Shown one piece after another: positions 8,059 through 16,561 of a stretch of 64,000 nucleotides of DNA (position 1 is its first letter; each line of letters opens with the position of its first letter). Under the pieces are notes generated by a model that was not told the origin of the DNA, searched no databases, and saw only the letters and a list, made by a program, of their open reading frames with translations. The stretch is taken from positions 1-64,000 of the IMG/VR virus record IMGVR_UViG_3300025151_000024; one strand, 5' to 3'. Source of the stretch: a virus. The position numbers and the translations under genes were made by a program.

Positions 8059-10536
8059 ATGATAGTGGATTACTTTACGCCTGAGTCTCGTGTATTCAAT
8101 ACACCTCGTGGCTCTCTTCGTATCGGAGAATGGAATTCAGATTCTGATAAACCATTCATCTATGAACGCACAAGAGACGCTGATGGCGTATTACATGAGC
8201 GGGTATTACAAGAGGGGGATGAAGACTACATATCTCCTTCTTGTTGGGTAGACGCAGCAATAACTGATGCTACCATACACAGAATAGAATCTAGATATCC
8301 GGGTGTAAGTATTGACAGAACAAAAACAGCAGTAGGAATAGATGGTGTACCGTTGATAAAACTGACAGCATCTCATCCTAACCATTTGTGGAATATCAAA
8401 GATGAGTACCCACATACATATGAAGCGGATTTAATCTATACAGACCAGTATTTGATACAAAACTATCCTGATGGTATCCCTGATTTCCATCCTCGTATTT
8501 GGTACTTCGATTTGGAGTGGGACCCCAAAGAGGATTTCACCACCGTAATGGCTGTTGTAGATAATCAAGCACCACACCCTGTGGTGTTCGCTTGGAAGCA
8601 AGATTTGATGAGTGAACATACAAAATGGATAGATAGGTATGGTGGGTATGAACTTAGATTATATCTAAACGAAGAATCAATGCATGAGGGATTCTTACAA
8701 TACCTTGACGAAAGAGACCCTGATATTCTTGTAGCACACGCCGGAAACTGGGCGGATATACCACATCTGTATAGAAGGCTGAAAGACCCGTCAAGATTGA
8801 GTCCGATTGGTGAAGTAATCGCTCCTAGAAAGGATACAGGGTACGATGAATCCGCTCAACCGATTAAGGGTAGGATAGTATTCGATAGTGCGGCTAGAGG
8901 GATTACAGGTAGTGGCTTTGAGGCGATATGGCAGAAGTCCGGTAGAGGGCAAATGTCTAGCCGTAGCCTTAACTGGGTGGCTCAAAGTTTAGACTTAGGA
9001 GAGAAACTAACAGATAGAATCGAAGGTATGACTGTACACAATGGATGGTATGATTACTTCGATGACTTCGTTGACTACTGTTTAGTGGATACAACCTTGC
9101 TAAGAGACATTGATGAGATGTTACACGCCGTTGAATTCCATGTAGCCATGATGAAACTATGTGGTGTTGGATTCCGTAGCACCTACAAAGTTACTAGATA
9201 CTTTAGGGGTCTAATTGGAAGAAGAACAGATTTGAAAGCACCATCGTCTAAAGCGCAGAATCGTGAAGAATTACAGGCGGCGTATATTCCTGACCCTATA
9301 CCGGGAAGACATGAAGGTGTAGCACTGGTAGACTACGCTTCTTTGTATCCGAATATTATACTGAGTCTGAATTTATCTTGGGAAACCAAAAAACAAAACG
9401 CCGGTAGTAATATTAAATCTCCCGGTAATGGAACTCACTGGTCACAAGACGAAGTGGGATTACTCCCAAGCGTTGTGAGTGAAATGCTCGCATTAAGAAA
9501 AGATTACAAAAAGAAAATGTACGAAGCGACAGATACTAATGAAAAATTAGGATATGATATGCTTCAAACAGCAACGAAAGTTGCAGTGAACGCCCTCTAC
9601 GGTATGGTATCTATGGGTAAAATAGGTGGTATGTGGTCTGATTTGGATATAGGCCGCACTATTACATACATGGGTAGAGAGAGCATCAAATTCCTACTTG
9701 CTGAAAGTGAAAGGCAAGGTTATCGCGGGTTGTATGGTCATACTGATTCCGCATTTATTCAAGTTCCATTCGATGAAGCAGAAAACCTAGCAGCACATCT
9801 AACTCAAGAATCTAGAAAACAACTGGATATGCCCTACATGGATGTAGAATTAGAAGCATACTTCGATTACTGGATTAGTGCTGAAACGAAAAATAGATAC
9901 TTTGGTATCAAGTCTTGGCCTGAGTCTGATAAAGGCAAAATGAAAGTTAGTGGTTTTGAAATCAAAGCATCTAACGCCGCACCAATCAGTAAAGAAACAC
10001 AAGGTGTTTTATTTGACTTAGTTGGTAAAGGCGCAGAAGAAGAAGAGGTTACTGCGGCTATACGCCCGATAGTAAAATCAATTCTAAATGGTGAAAGACC
10101 AATAAAAGATTTAAGCCCTTATGGTAGAATCAAGAAGAGTATGAATAACTACACAGCAAACGTTCCTATGCCTGTGAGGGCTGCTAAATACTACAATGAA
10201 AATATTGCAACTGATGACCCCTTTAGACCGGGAGATGGAGCACAATGGGTGTACATCAATGCAGTACCCGAAGGTTTACCCGATTCGGTATCATTTCCAA
10301 AAGAGAAGAAAAACGCAAGCGCTTCTCACTTTGTTGCTAAATCCGGTGAAACCAAAACATTCCCTGCTAACGTAGTGGCTTTCAGGGAAGAAGATGAAAT
10401 CAAAGACTTCTCAATTGACTATGATGTGGTCGTAGAAAAAATGGTGAAGGCCAAAATCCAACCAGTGTACAGTGTAATGGGTTGGGATATGGAAAAGGCC
10501 GCATCACCACAAGAACAACCGGCGGTGTATTGGTGA
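8059..10536 (+). CDS. polB: Family B DNA polymerase with 3'-5' exonuclease domain
   Basis: ExoI FDLEW, ExoIII YCLVD, motif A DYASLYP, motif B KVAVNALYG, motif C YGHTDS, KNRYFG, KVSGFE; no intein. Confidence 0.97.
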   Translation: MIVDYFTPESRVFNTPRGSLRIGEWNSDSDKPFIYERTRDADGVLHERVLQEGDEDYISPSCWVDAAITDATIHRIESRYPGVSIDRTKTAVGIDGVPLIKLTASHPNHLWNIKDEYPHTYEADLIYTDQYLIQNYPDGIPDFHPRIWYFDLEWDPKEDFTTVMAVVDNQAPHPVVFAWKQDLMSEHTKWIDRYGGYELRLYLNEESMHEGFLQYLDERDPDILVAHAGNWADIPHLYRRLKDPSRLSPIGEVIAPRKDTGYDESAQPIKGRIVFDSAARGITGSGFEAIWQKSGRGQMSSRSLNWVAQSLDLGEKLTDRIEGMTVHNGWYDYFDDFVDYCLVDTTLLRDIDEMLHAVEFHVAMMKLCGVGFRSTYKVTRYFRGLIGRRTDLKAPSSKAQNREELQAAYIPDPIPGRHEGVALVDYASLYPNIILSLNLSWETKKQNAGSNIKSPGNGTHWSQDEVGLLPSVVSEMLALRKDYKKKMYEATDTNEKLGYDMLQTATKVAVNALYGMVSMGKIGGMWSDLDIGRTITYMGRESIKFLLAESERQGYRGLYGHTDSAFIQVPFDEAENLAAHLTQESRKQLDMPYMDVELEAYFDYWISAETKNRYFGIKSWPESDKGKMKVSGFEIKASNAAPISKETQGVLFDLVGKGAEEEEVTAAIRPIVKSILNGERPIKDLSPYGRIKKSMNNYTANVPMPVRAAKYYNENIATDDPFRPGDGAQWVYINAVPEGLPDSVSFPKEKKNASASHFVAKSGETKTFPANVVAFREEDEIKDFSIDYDVVVEKMVKAKIQPVYSVMGWDMEKAASPQEQPAVYW

Positions 10537-10655
10537 TGGGTCATTACAGTAATTGCGCTGATTGCGGTAAATGCACTGCTGATAGTCAATGGTTAGTCCA
10601 AGGACTATGTACAGAATGTGGAGATAAATGGTACAAAAGCGAAATGAAATACTAA
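10536..10655 (+). CDS. 39-aa Zn-finger microprotein
   Basis: Read by hand: MGHYSNCADCGKCTADSQWLVQGLCTECGDKWYKSEMKY; TGATG overlap with the polB stop. Confidence 0.65.
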   Translation: MGHYSNCADCGKCTADSQWLVQGLCTECGDKWYKSEMKY

Positions 10656-10665
10656 GGTGGTTTTA

Positions 10666-10920
10666 ATGAGTAGAATAGAAGATGAAGTATGTAAGAAAAT
10701 ACAAGGAAGAGCAGAAGTTGGTAAGAGAAAGTATGGGGTCACAATGGAGACAGCACCTTTGTCCCAGTTAGAATGGTTGATTCATGCTCAGGAAGAAGCA
10801 ATGGACCTAGCAGTTTACTTACAGAAATTAATCGAGGCTGAAAGGGATAGGTTGGAACTTAAGAGTATTAGAAGAGATTATGTCAAAGCCAAGTTAAGAG
10901 AGATGGAGGAAAATGAATGA
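10666..10920 (+). CDS. Phage protein, possible all-alpha NTP pyrophosphatase (MazG-like)
   Basis: GKRKYG...WLIHAQEEAMDLAVYL with EExxD motif. Confidence 0.55.
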   Translation: MSRIEDEVCKKIQGRAEVGKRKYGVTMETAPLSQLEWLIHAQEEAMDLAVYLQKLIEAERDRLELKSIRRDYVKAKLREMEENE

Positions 10921-10973
10921 AGTGGGAAGAATACTTTAGAAGAATGAAAGAATACAGGAGAAAGAGGAAATGA
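10917..10973 (+). CDS. Possible 18-aa basic peptide
   Basis: MKWEEYFRRMKEYRRKRK; ATGA overlaps at both ends. Confidence 0.4.
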   Translation: MKWEEYFRRMKEYRRKRK

Positions 10974-11119
10974 AGAGATACAAGTGTCAAATTTGTAAAG
11001 AAATGAAACCTCGTACTAAAGGTCGCCATACGACTATTTGCGGTAAATGTATTCGATTAAGAAAAGAGGGGAAACACATGAGCGTCAAGAATTTTCCATA
11101 TCAAGGGGGTTTTTGGTGA
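10970..11119 (+). CDS. 49-aa Zn-finger microprotein
   Basis: MKRYKCQICKE...TICGKC...YQGGFW; coupled to both neighbours. Confidence 0.6.
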   Translation: MKRYKCQICKEMKPRTKGRHTTICGKCIRLRKEGKHMSVKNFPYQGGFW

Positions 11120-12066
11120 TGAGATGGAATCCTAATGGCGATGATAAGTTGGCTAAGGCTGACGATTATCCGTTTGAAGATATGAAAGAATCCTATGCGA
11201 AGAGTGACTACTCTTGGTCTCCTGACATGGAAGATAAAATTTTACGAGTTACGAAAAGTAGCAACGGTACATTTGATTGGTGTCCAAAACAATACTTTTT
11301 TCAATACATTATGAAACTAAAACAAGAAGAAAAGGACTACCATATTCGTGGGAACAATGTGCACGATATGACTGAATACTTTTGGAAAGAGGCGGTCAAT
11401 TACATAGATGATATTCTAGAGCAAATAGAGTCAGGTAATATGAACATGGCTCGCCAAATGCTACACGACATTATCCCAAAACCCCCATCCCCATATCTAT
11501 ATGGCGAAGATGAGCAAATCCAAACATGGGTTGATTGGCAATTCGATAGACTGGTAGCCACTAAAGGTATTGATTGGTTTCCAGTTGGGAACGAAGCCGA
11601 AGTACACGCTACTCGTATTGTAGAGGTTGATGGGACTCCAGTACCTATTCATATGCGGGGTTTTATTGACCGTATCTTTGAGGATGATAAAGGATACATC
11701 CTCATGGAATTGAAAACTGGAAAATGGAAGAAAGGAAAAACAGCAACTAAGTTAAGGGCTGAAATGCAATTTTACAAAATGATGCTTGAATGTAGTCAAC
11801 ACGGAGAATATCTCCCGATTACACATTGGGGTTGGGAATTTCCCGGCGGCAATATAAACAATGGTGATGCTGCTGCTTGGGAGTTTGAGTCAACTTCAGA
11901 TAGAAAGGCGAAGTATGCAGAAAGAACTGTTGAAAAGCGCCTGAAAAAATTAGTCAAGGCCCACCTTGACATGGATTTTCCTGCGGAAAGAAATGATTTC
12001 AAATGTGCGTGGTGTGATTTCATGCACATTTGCCCCGCATGGACACAACAGGAGTTGGAATTATGA
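11119..12066 (+). CDS. Cas4-like / RecB-family PD-(D/E)XK exonuclease with Fe-S cysteines
   Basis: CPKQY, RGFIDRI, ILMELKTG, QFY, CAWCDFMHICP; likely start ATG 11119 (TGATG overlap). Confidence 0.88.
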   Translation: MRWNPNGDDKLAKADDYPFEDMKESYAKSDYSWSPDMEDKILRVTKSSNGTFDWCPKQYFFQYIMKLKQEEKDYHIRGNNVHDMTEYFWKEAVNYIDDILEQIESGNMNMARQMLHDIIPKPPSPYLYGEDEQIQTWVDWQFDRLVATKGIDWFPVGNEAEVHATRIVEVDGTPVPIHMRGFIDRIFEDDKGYILMELKTGKWKKGKTATKLRAEMQFYKMMLECSQHGEYLPITHWGWEFPGGNINNGDAAAWEFESTSDRKAKYAERTVEKRLKKLVKAHLDMDFPAERNDFKCAWCDFMHICPAWTQQELEL

Positions 12067-12344
12067 TAGAAGAGAGAACTGTAGAATTACTACTAAAGAA
12101 GACGATAGAAACAATGAACAGACATTATCAACCGCATAAAGAAGTGCTTGTTGATTTTGGAATATTAGGTGATAAAGATATGATTGTAAAGGAAACTTTG
12201 CAAACCACCTTGGATGATTATACTGAGTTAGGTATTGACAAAGTTGATGGCTACGACAGTTACCATTTCACTCTTAACAAGAGTAGGTTATCACCTAAAG
12301 AAATTGAGCGACTATTGGATAAAATCTTGACTAAGGTTGCATGA
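12063..12344 (+). CDS. Small protein with a PIP-box-like motif
   Basis: QTTLDDY at 12201-12221 resembles the archaeal PIP box QxxLxxF. Confidence 0.6.
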   Translation: MIEERTVELLLKKTIETMNRHYQPHKEVLVDFGILGDKDMIVKETLQTTLDDYTELGIDKVDGYDSYHFTLNKSRLSPKEIERLLDKILTKVA

Positions 12345-12348
12345 TATA

Positions 12349-13455
12349 ATGGCGTTCATCACGCTTGATTTCCCAAGAGAGGTATTGGAAATTGGGGCTG
12401 ATGGTGAAAAGGGTTATCGAAGATTAGTAAAAGATTGGAACGAACTAGAAAGATACTGGAAAGGGAAGAATGGAAGCGGTAACGTTTTCTTTACTGCTTA
12501 CGGTTATCGCGGTTTGACCCCGCCTAGAAACCATAGAGTAGATTACAATACACCGATTATACGTCACTTTGTTTGTGACTTTGATTGTAAGAATTTTAGA
12601 AAGAGAGGAGAAGATGTACCCTTTGAAGTGATGCATGAGCAAGTAAAAAGACTACATCTATTTCTTTCTGAAAAAGACTTACTGCATTACGTTTGGTTTA
12701 GTGGTGGGGGCTTCCATGTTTGGATACCACTCCAGCAGACTTTCACACCTAGTAATGGGTTTGACGTTGCTAGGGTAAAAGACGCTGGTAGAATTGTTCT
12801 TTCAAAGTGGCATAAAGAACTAGACTTGTTTTGTAATGACCCAACCGTGGCTTTTGATACCGCTGGTATGATTAGAATTCCTAATTCCTACAATAGCAAA
12901 AGAGGGTGTTGGAGTATACCAATGACCTCAGAAGTTTTACTCAATAGCACACACATGGATTTATTGGATAAAGCCCAAGAATCACAAGATGGATACATAC
13001 AGCATGGCTCTCAAGCATTAGAATTGGTTTTACCCGAAAGAAAAACCATCTTCAAATCTAAGAAGAGAGAAATTAGTGACTTACCTGATATGTCAATTGA
13101 CGGGTTTACAATTCTTCCATGCTTAGCGCAATCCGCTATGGGTGAAGGAAACCCACCTCACAGGGCTAGGTTGCATTTCGCCTCTTACTTAGCAAGTAGA
13201 CTACGGTGGTTTTTCCCACCTGATAGTGTGTCAAATGAAGAAAAGGCAAAGCACGTAGATTTCATTGTTGATGTAATCTCAAGGCAAGGTTGGGTGGATT
13301 ATGACTTATCTACTACTACTTTACAAGTCGAAAGTTTAGTTTTCGGTGGCTCTTCTAATAACGGATATAACGCAGGTATGTGTAGGACTATCATAACTGA
13401 TGGACTTTGCACTGGTAGATGCAAATTCTATGATGGGACGGCGGAGGATATCTGA
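12349..13455 (+). CDS. Archaeo-eukaryotic primase, PriS catalytic domain fused to a PriL-like Cys domain
   Basis: CDFD, FSGGGFH, MIRIPNS; C-terminal LPCL...PPHRARLHFASYL...CRT...C...C. Confidence 0.88.
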   Translation: MAFITLDFPREVLEIGADGEKGYRRLVKDWNELERYWKGKNGSGNVFFTAYGYRGLTPPRNHRVDYNTPIIRHFVCDFDCKNFRKRGEDVPFEVMHEQVKRLHLFLSEKDLLHYVWFSGGGFHVWIPLQQTFTPSNGFDVARVKDAGRIVLSKWHKELDLFCNDPTVAFDTAGMIRIPNSYNSKRGCWSIPMTSEVLLNSTHMDLLDKAQESQDGYIQHGSQALELVLPERKTIFKSKKREISDLPDMSIDGFTILPCLAQSAMGEGNPPHRARLHFASYLASRLRWFFPPDSVSNEEKAKHVDFIVDVISRQGWVDYDLSTTTLQVESLVFGGSSNNGYNAGMCRTIITDGLCTGRCKFYDGTAEDI

Positions 13456-13610
13456 TGGATGAATTACCCCTTAATTGCTTAGAATGCGGTATAAAACTAA
13501 ACAGAAGTGGTTTAAAGAGAAGGAAGAGATTGCACAAATTCACTGGTCTTTGTATGGATTGTAGGAATAGAAGGAGGAAAGAAAATGCCAAAGCCAAATC
13601 TAATAATTGA
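13455..13610 (+). CDS. 51-aa basic Zn-finger microprotein
   Basis: Read by hand: MDELPLNCLECGIKLNRSGLKRRKRLHKFTGLCMDCRNRRRKENAKAKSNN; TGATG overlap with the primase stop. Confidence 0.65.
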   Translation: MDELPLNCLECGIKLNRSGLKRRKRLHKFTGLCMDCRNRRRKENAKAKSNN

Positions 13611-14283
13611 CTCCAATGAAAGAGGACCACTATACGATTCTGTTCTAAGAAAGGCTGAGAAAGCAGGTTTAGCAGTTTCACAACAACCACTAGTTGTAGG
13701 TGATTATCTTCTAGGTAATGCGTGTGTAGAGGCTAAGAGTATAACCGACTTTTTCCAGTCAAGCCATAGTGGTCATCTTTGGCGGCAATTAGAAAACATG
13801 GATTCAAACTACGAGCGTTTTTTCTTAGTGATTCATGGTACAATAGAAAAGTATGTTGCAATGGCTAAAAACAATGGACGTAAAGTTACCTACACTAGAG
13901 TGCAAAATGAACTACTCGGTACTATTGCTAGGGTAATGTCTGATTTTGAGTGTCAGGTTTTCTACACACCAAACATGAGCGAGGCTTCACTTTTCATAGT
14001 CAAACTTCATGATAAATTACACAAACCTGCGTCTTCTCATGGTGCAAGAGCAATCAGAAGAGTCGCTAGTAATGATGTGAGGGCTGATATGCTGTTAGCA
14101 ATACCCGGCTTGGGGAAAGAAACTGTGGATAATTTACTAGAAAAATGTGGTAGCCTAGAAGAAATGTGCTTCCCTGAATCATTGAAACAGGTGAAAGGGT
14201 TAGGAGAGGTACTGAGGAAACGCATAGTTCAGGCACTAACAAGCGAAGAACCAATGCACGTGGAGAGAAGAAAAAGGCGATGA
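13585..14283 (+). CDS. ERCC4/XPF-family structure-specific nuclease with HhH2 domain
   Basis: IIDSNE, VGDY, VEAKS; HhH motifs IPGLG and VKGLG. Confidence 0.9.
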   Translation: MPKPNLIIDSNERGPLYDSVLRKAEKAGLAVSQQPLVVGDYLLGNACVEAKSITDFFQSSHSGHLWRQLENMDSNYERFFLVIHGTIEKYVAMAKNNGRKVTYTRVQNELLGTIARVMSDFECQVFYTPNMSEASLFIVKLHDKLHKPASSHGARAIRRVASNDVRADMLLAIPGLGKETVDNLLEKCGSLEEMCFPESLKQVKGLGEVLRKRIVQALTSEEPMHVERRKRR

Positions 14284-14315
14284 ATCCAACTGTCCGATGT
14301 ATAGTCCATACAATA

Positions 14316-14344
14316 TACTTATAGGCTGACCTCTCTAGGGGTCA
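14316..14344 (+). promoter_or_regulatory. Putative archaeal TATA box plus palindromic operator upstream of the helicase
   Basis: TACTTATAG centred ~28 nt before ATG 14349 (leaderless geometry); TGACCTCT-ct-AGGGGTCA near-palindrome at 14327-14344. Confidence 0.5.
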
Positions 14345-14348
14345 AATT

Positions 14349-15743
14349 ATGAGGAATTACACAGAATATGAGGCGGTGAAGAAGTTTCCAATTTTCCAAG
14401 GTTACTTGGAACATTTTGGACAGACATCAATGAAGAACGACATACCGGGAATGCTTTCCTTTTTCTTTTTACAAGGACAAGCAGCAGTACCGTATGTACG
14501 CATACCTTGGGGTGCTAGTCATATAGACCCAAGAGTGCACGTTTTTTGGATTCAACCTTCCCGAAGTGGTAAGTCTGTTGCTTGGGAATTTATGGGGGAT
14601 ATCTGTCGAGATGCTGAAATCCCTACTGATATGTACACAACTGGAACAGATGCCGCTTTGATTGGTGGTTGGGAAGAAAATATAGACGAAGACGGAGAAC
14701 ACGTTAAGACTTTGAAAGAGGGGCTTCTTGATGGGAGAAAGGTCTTGAATTTCGATGAAGGAAGTATCATTCTAAGCCCAAATAAGCATAGCCAAGAAAC
14801 CGTTCTTTATCTCCAATCAGCGTGTAACCCTGTAGGTAGTAACAACAACATTCTAGTCAAACACACAAAGGCTGGTAGAATCGAAACTGAATCATTGGTA
14901 TCTTTATGGATTACAACTTTCCCTCCAAAGGGTGTAAAAGATTACGTCTTAACAAAGGGTATTTTCCAAAGAGTTCTACTATATTGGGGCGAATGGGATA
15001 CTGAAAAGCGTAGAGAAGTTAGTAATCTAAGGATGAATGCTGCCTACAAAAAGATACCAAAATTAGCGGTTGATTACCAAGAGATTGTAGATTATTTCAA
15101 TAACTTGACCAAGAATCTACGAGACCGATTATTGAATTTGAGTGAAACTACTTTTATTGAATGGGAATCCATGCCTAGAAGTGAGCAAGAAGAATTAATT
15201 CAGAAGCATATGCATGAGATGTTTAACGCAGATGAAACATTTTATTCAGCCTGTTTCGATGCTATAGATGATTACTACACTCTTCTTAACGGTCTTGCAC
15301 CCGGTATAGGTGAGGTTGTGGCATCTTTCATGCCAGCAGTTGAAAATTATACGGTCATCTTCGCAACACATATGGCTATGTTAGATAATTCTTGGACTGT
15401 AACTGGTGAGCACGTAGATATGGCTAAAGATATTCTTTACGACCTTACAAGAAATCTAATCCTTTGGCTTGAAGATGAAGTCGAAGTTGGATTCAAAAAG
15501 ACAGAAGTTACAGAATACCGACAAAAATTCACTATATCATTCCAAAATACTGGTAAAGTTGACTTTGATGATTCTCGTGGTGAAGGGTGGGTTCGTAAAG
15601 AGAGAATGCTCAAGACCTATGAAGACCAAGCGAAGGTTACAAGAGGTACTGCTTGGAATCATTTCAATAAGTATGCTAAAGATATGTTTGAAACAACTAA
15701 AGAATCTAGGATAGTTTACCTTAGATTGAAACAGATGGATTGA
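14349..15743 (+). CDS. Divergent MCM-like AAA+ helicase
   Basis: Walker A PSRSGKS, TDAALIG (MCM-like), Walker B LNFDEG, Arg finger FQR; lacks the MCM N-terminal domain. Confidence 0.7.
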   Translation: MRNYTEYEAVKKFPIFQGYLEHFGQTSMKNDIPGMLSFFFLQGQAAVPYVRIPWGASHIDPRVHVFWIQPSRSGKSVAWEFMGDICRDAEIPTDMYTTGTDAALIGGWEENIDEDGEHVKTLKEGLLDGRKVLNFDEGSIILSPNKHSQETVLYLQSACNPVGSNNNILVKHTKAGRIETESLVSLWITTFPPKGVKDYVLTKGIFQRVLLYWGEWDTEKRREVSNLRMNAAYKKIPKLAVDYQEIVDYFNNLTKNLRDRLLNLSETTFIEWESMPRSEQEELIQKHMHEMFNADETFYSACFDAIDDYYTLLNGLAPGIGEVVASFMPAVENYTVIFATHMAMLDNSWTVTGEHVDMAKDILYDLTRNLILWLEDEVEVGFKKTEVTEYRQKFTISFQNTGKVDFDDSRGEGWVRKERMLKTYEDQAKVTRGTAWNHFNKYAKDMFETTKESRIVYLRLKQMD

Positions 15744-15770
15744 ATAAGTGACATATATTGAGGATTATAC

Positions 15771-16382
15771 ATGAGCGATATTCTTTCCTTAGATATTGAA
15801 ACCGCTAATTTCTCTTATGATATTGGTGGTTGGAATAATAGAACACTGTTTGAACCTAGTGTTATAGCAACTTGGGATGGTTCTGACGGTACTATTTTTT
15901 CCAAAGAAGACATTGAATTAGAAGGGGTAAACACATTACCACTTCACCCAAGAGATATAGGTGACCATTTGATTGATTTCATAAACAAAGGTGGTAAAAT
16001 TTTAGGCCATAATATATTGAAATTTGACCTACCAGTAATCAAAGATTCGCTTGATTGCTGGGCTGCGGGGGATGTTTTATCCAAACATTCTGAATCTATT
16101 ATAGACACTAAAGTAATTGTACAAAAGGCGGCTTTAAAACACCAAAGAGTCGCCACAGATTTGAATATGCTAGCCAGTCAAAACTTGAAAGCAGAAAAAA
16201 TGATGTCAAGTTTAGATGCGCCAGTTCAATGGCAAAACGGTAATTACAATGATGTTGCTGAGTATTGTCTTAAAGATGCACAATTGACTTATGATTTGTA
16301 TAAGCATATGCAAGATTATTCTTTCGTTAAATCACGCTCCCTTGAAACAGGAGAAATAGTAGAAATTGAAATTGAGTGGTAA
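15771..16382 (+). CDS. DEDD/DnaQ-like 3'-5' exonuclease (RNase H fold)
   Basis: LDIET, GHNILKFD, YCLKD. Confidence 0.88.
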   Translation: MSDILSLDIETANFSYDIGGWNNRTLFEPSVIATWDGSDGTIFSKEDIELEGVNTLPLHPRDIGDHLIDFINKGGKILGHNILKFDLPVIKDSLDCWAAGDVLSKHSESIIDTKVIVQKAALKHQRVATDLNMLASQNLKAEKMMSSLDAPVQWQNGNYNDVAEYCLKDAQLTYDLYKHMQDYSFVKSRSLETGEIVEIEIEW

Positions 16383-16384
16383 AC

Positions 16385-16561
16385 ATGAATCAAGAGGAAG
16401 AAATAAAATTAAAATTAGGATTGCACAGATTATTAACAGCGATTACTCAAGGAGCGGCTTTGAGTGATATACAGCGTATGGCTGCGGTTATTGCTAACCA
16501 AGTAGAGTGGCCTTATGCATCAGAAGAAACCATAATAGAAGATACAGGGGAAGAAGAATGA
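16385..16561 (+). CDS. Hypothetical small protein
   Basis: ATG 16385; ATGA overlap with the chaperonin. Confidence 0.6.
   Translation: MNQEEEIKLKLGLHRLLTAITQGAALSDIQRMAAVIANQVEWPYASEETIIEDTGEEE

Noticed and set aside
8059-10536. Intein in PolB or other replication genes
   Set aside because: Protein lengths are normal and motifs contiguous; no splice-junction or endonuclease insert seen.
11119-12066. Cas4-like gene as part of a CRISPR-Cas system
   Set aside because: No cas1/cas2 and no repeat-spacer array seen; solo Cas4-like nucleases are common in archaeal viruses.
12045-12066. C-terminal QQELEL of the Cas4-like nuclease as a bacterial beta-clamp motif
   Set aside because: Weak match lacking the aromatic residue, and the context is archaeal.
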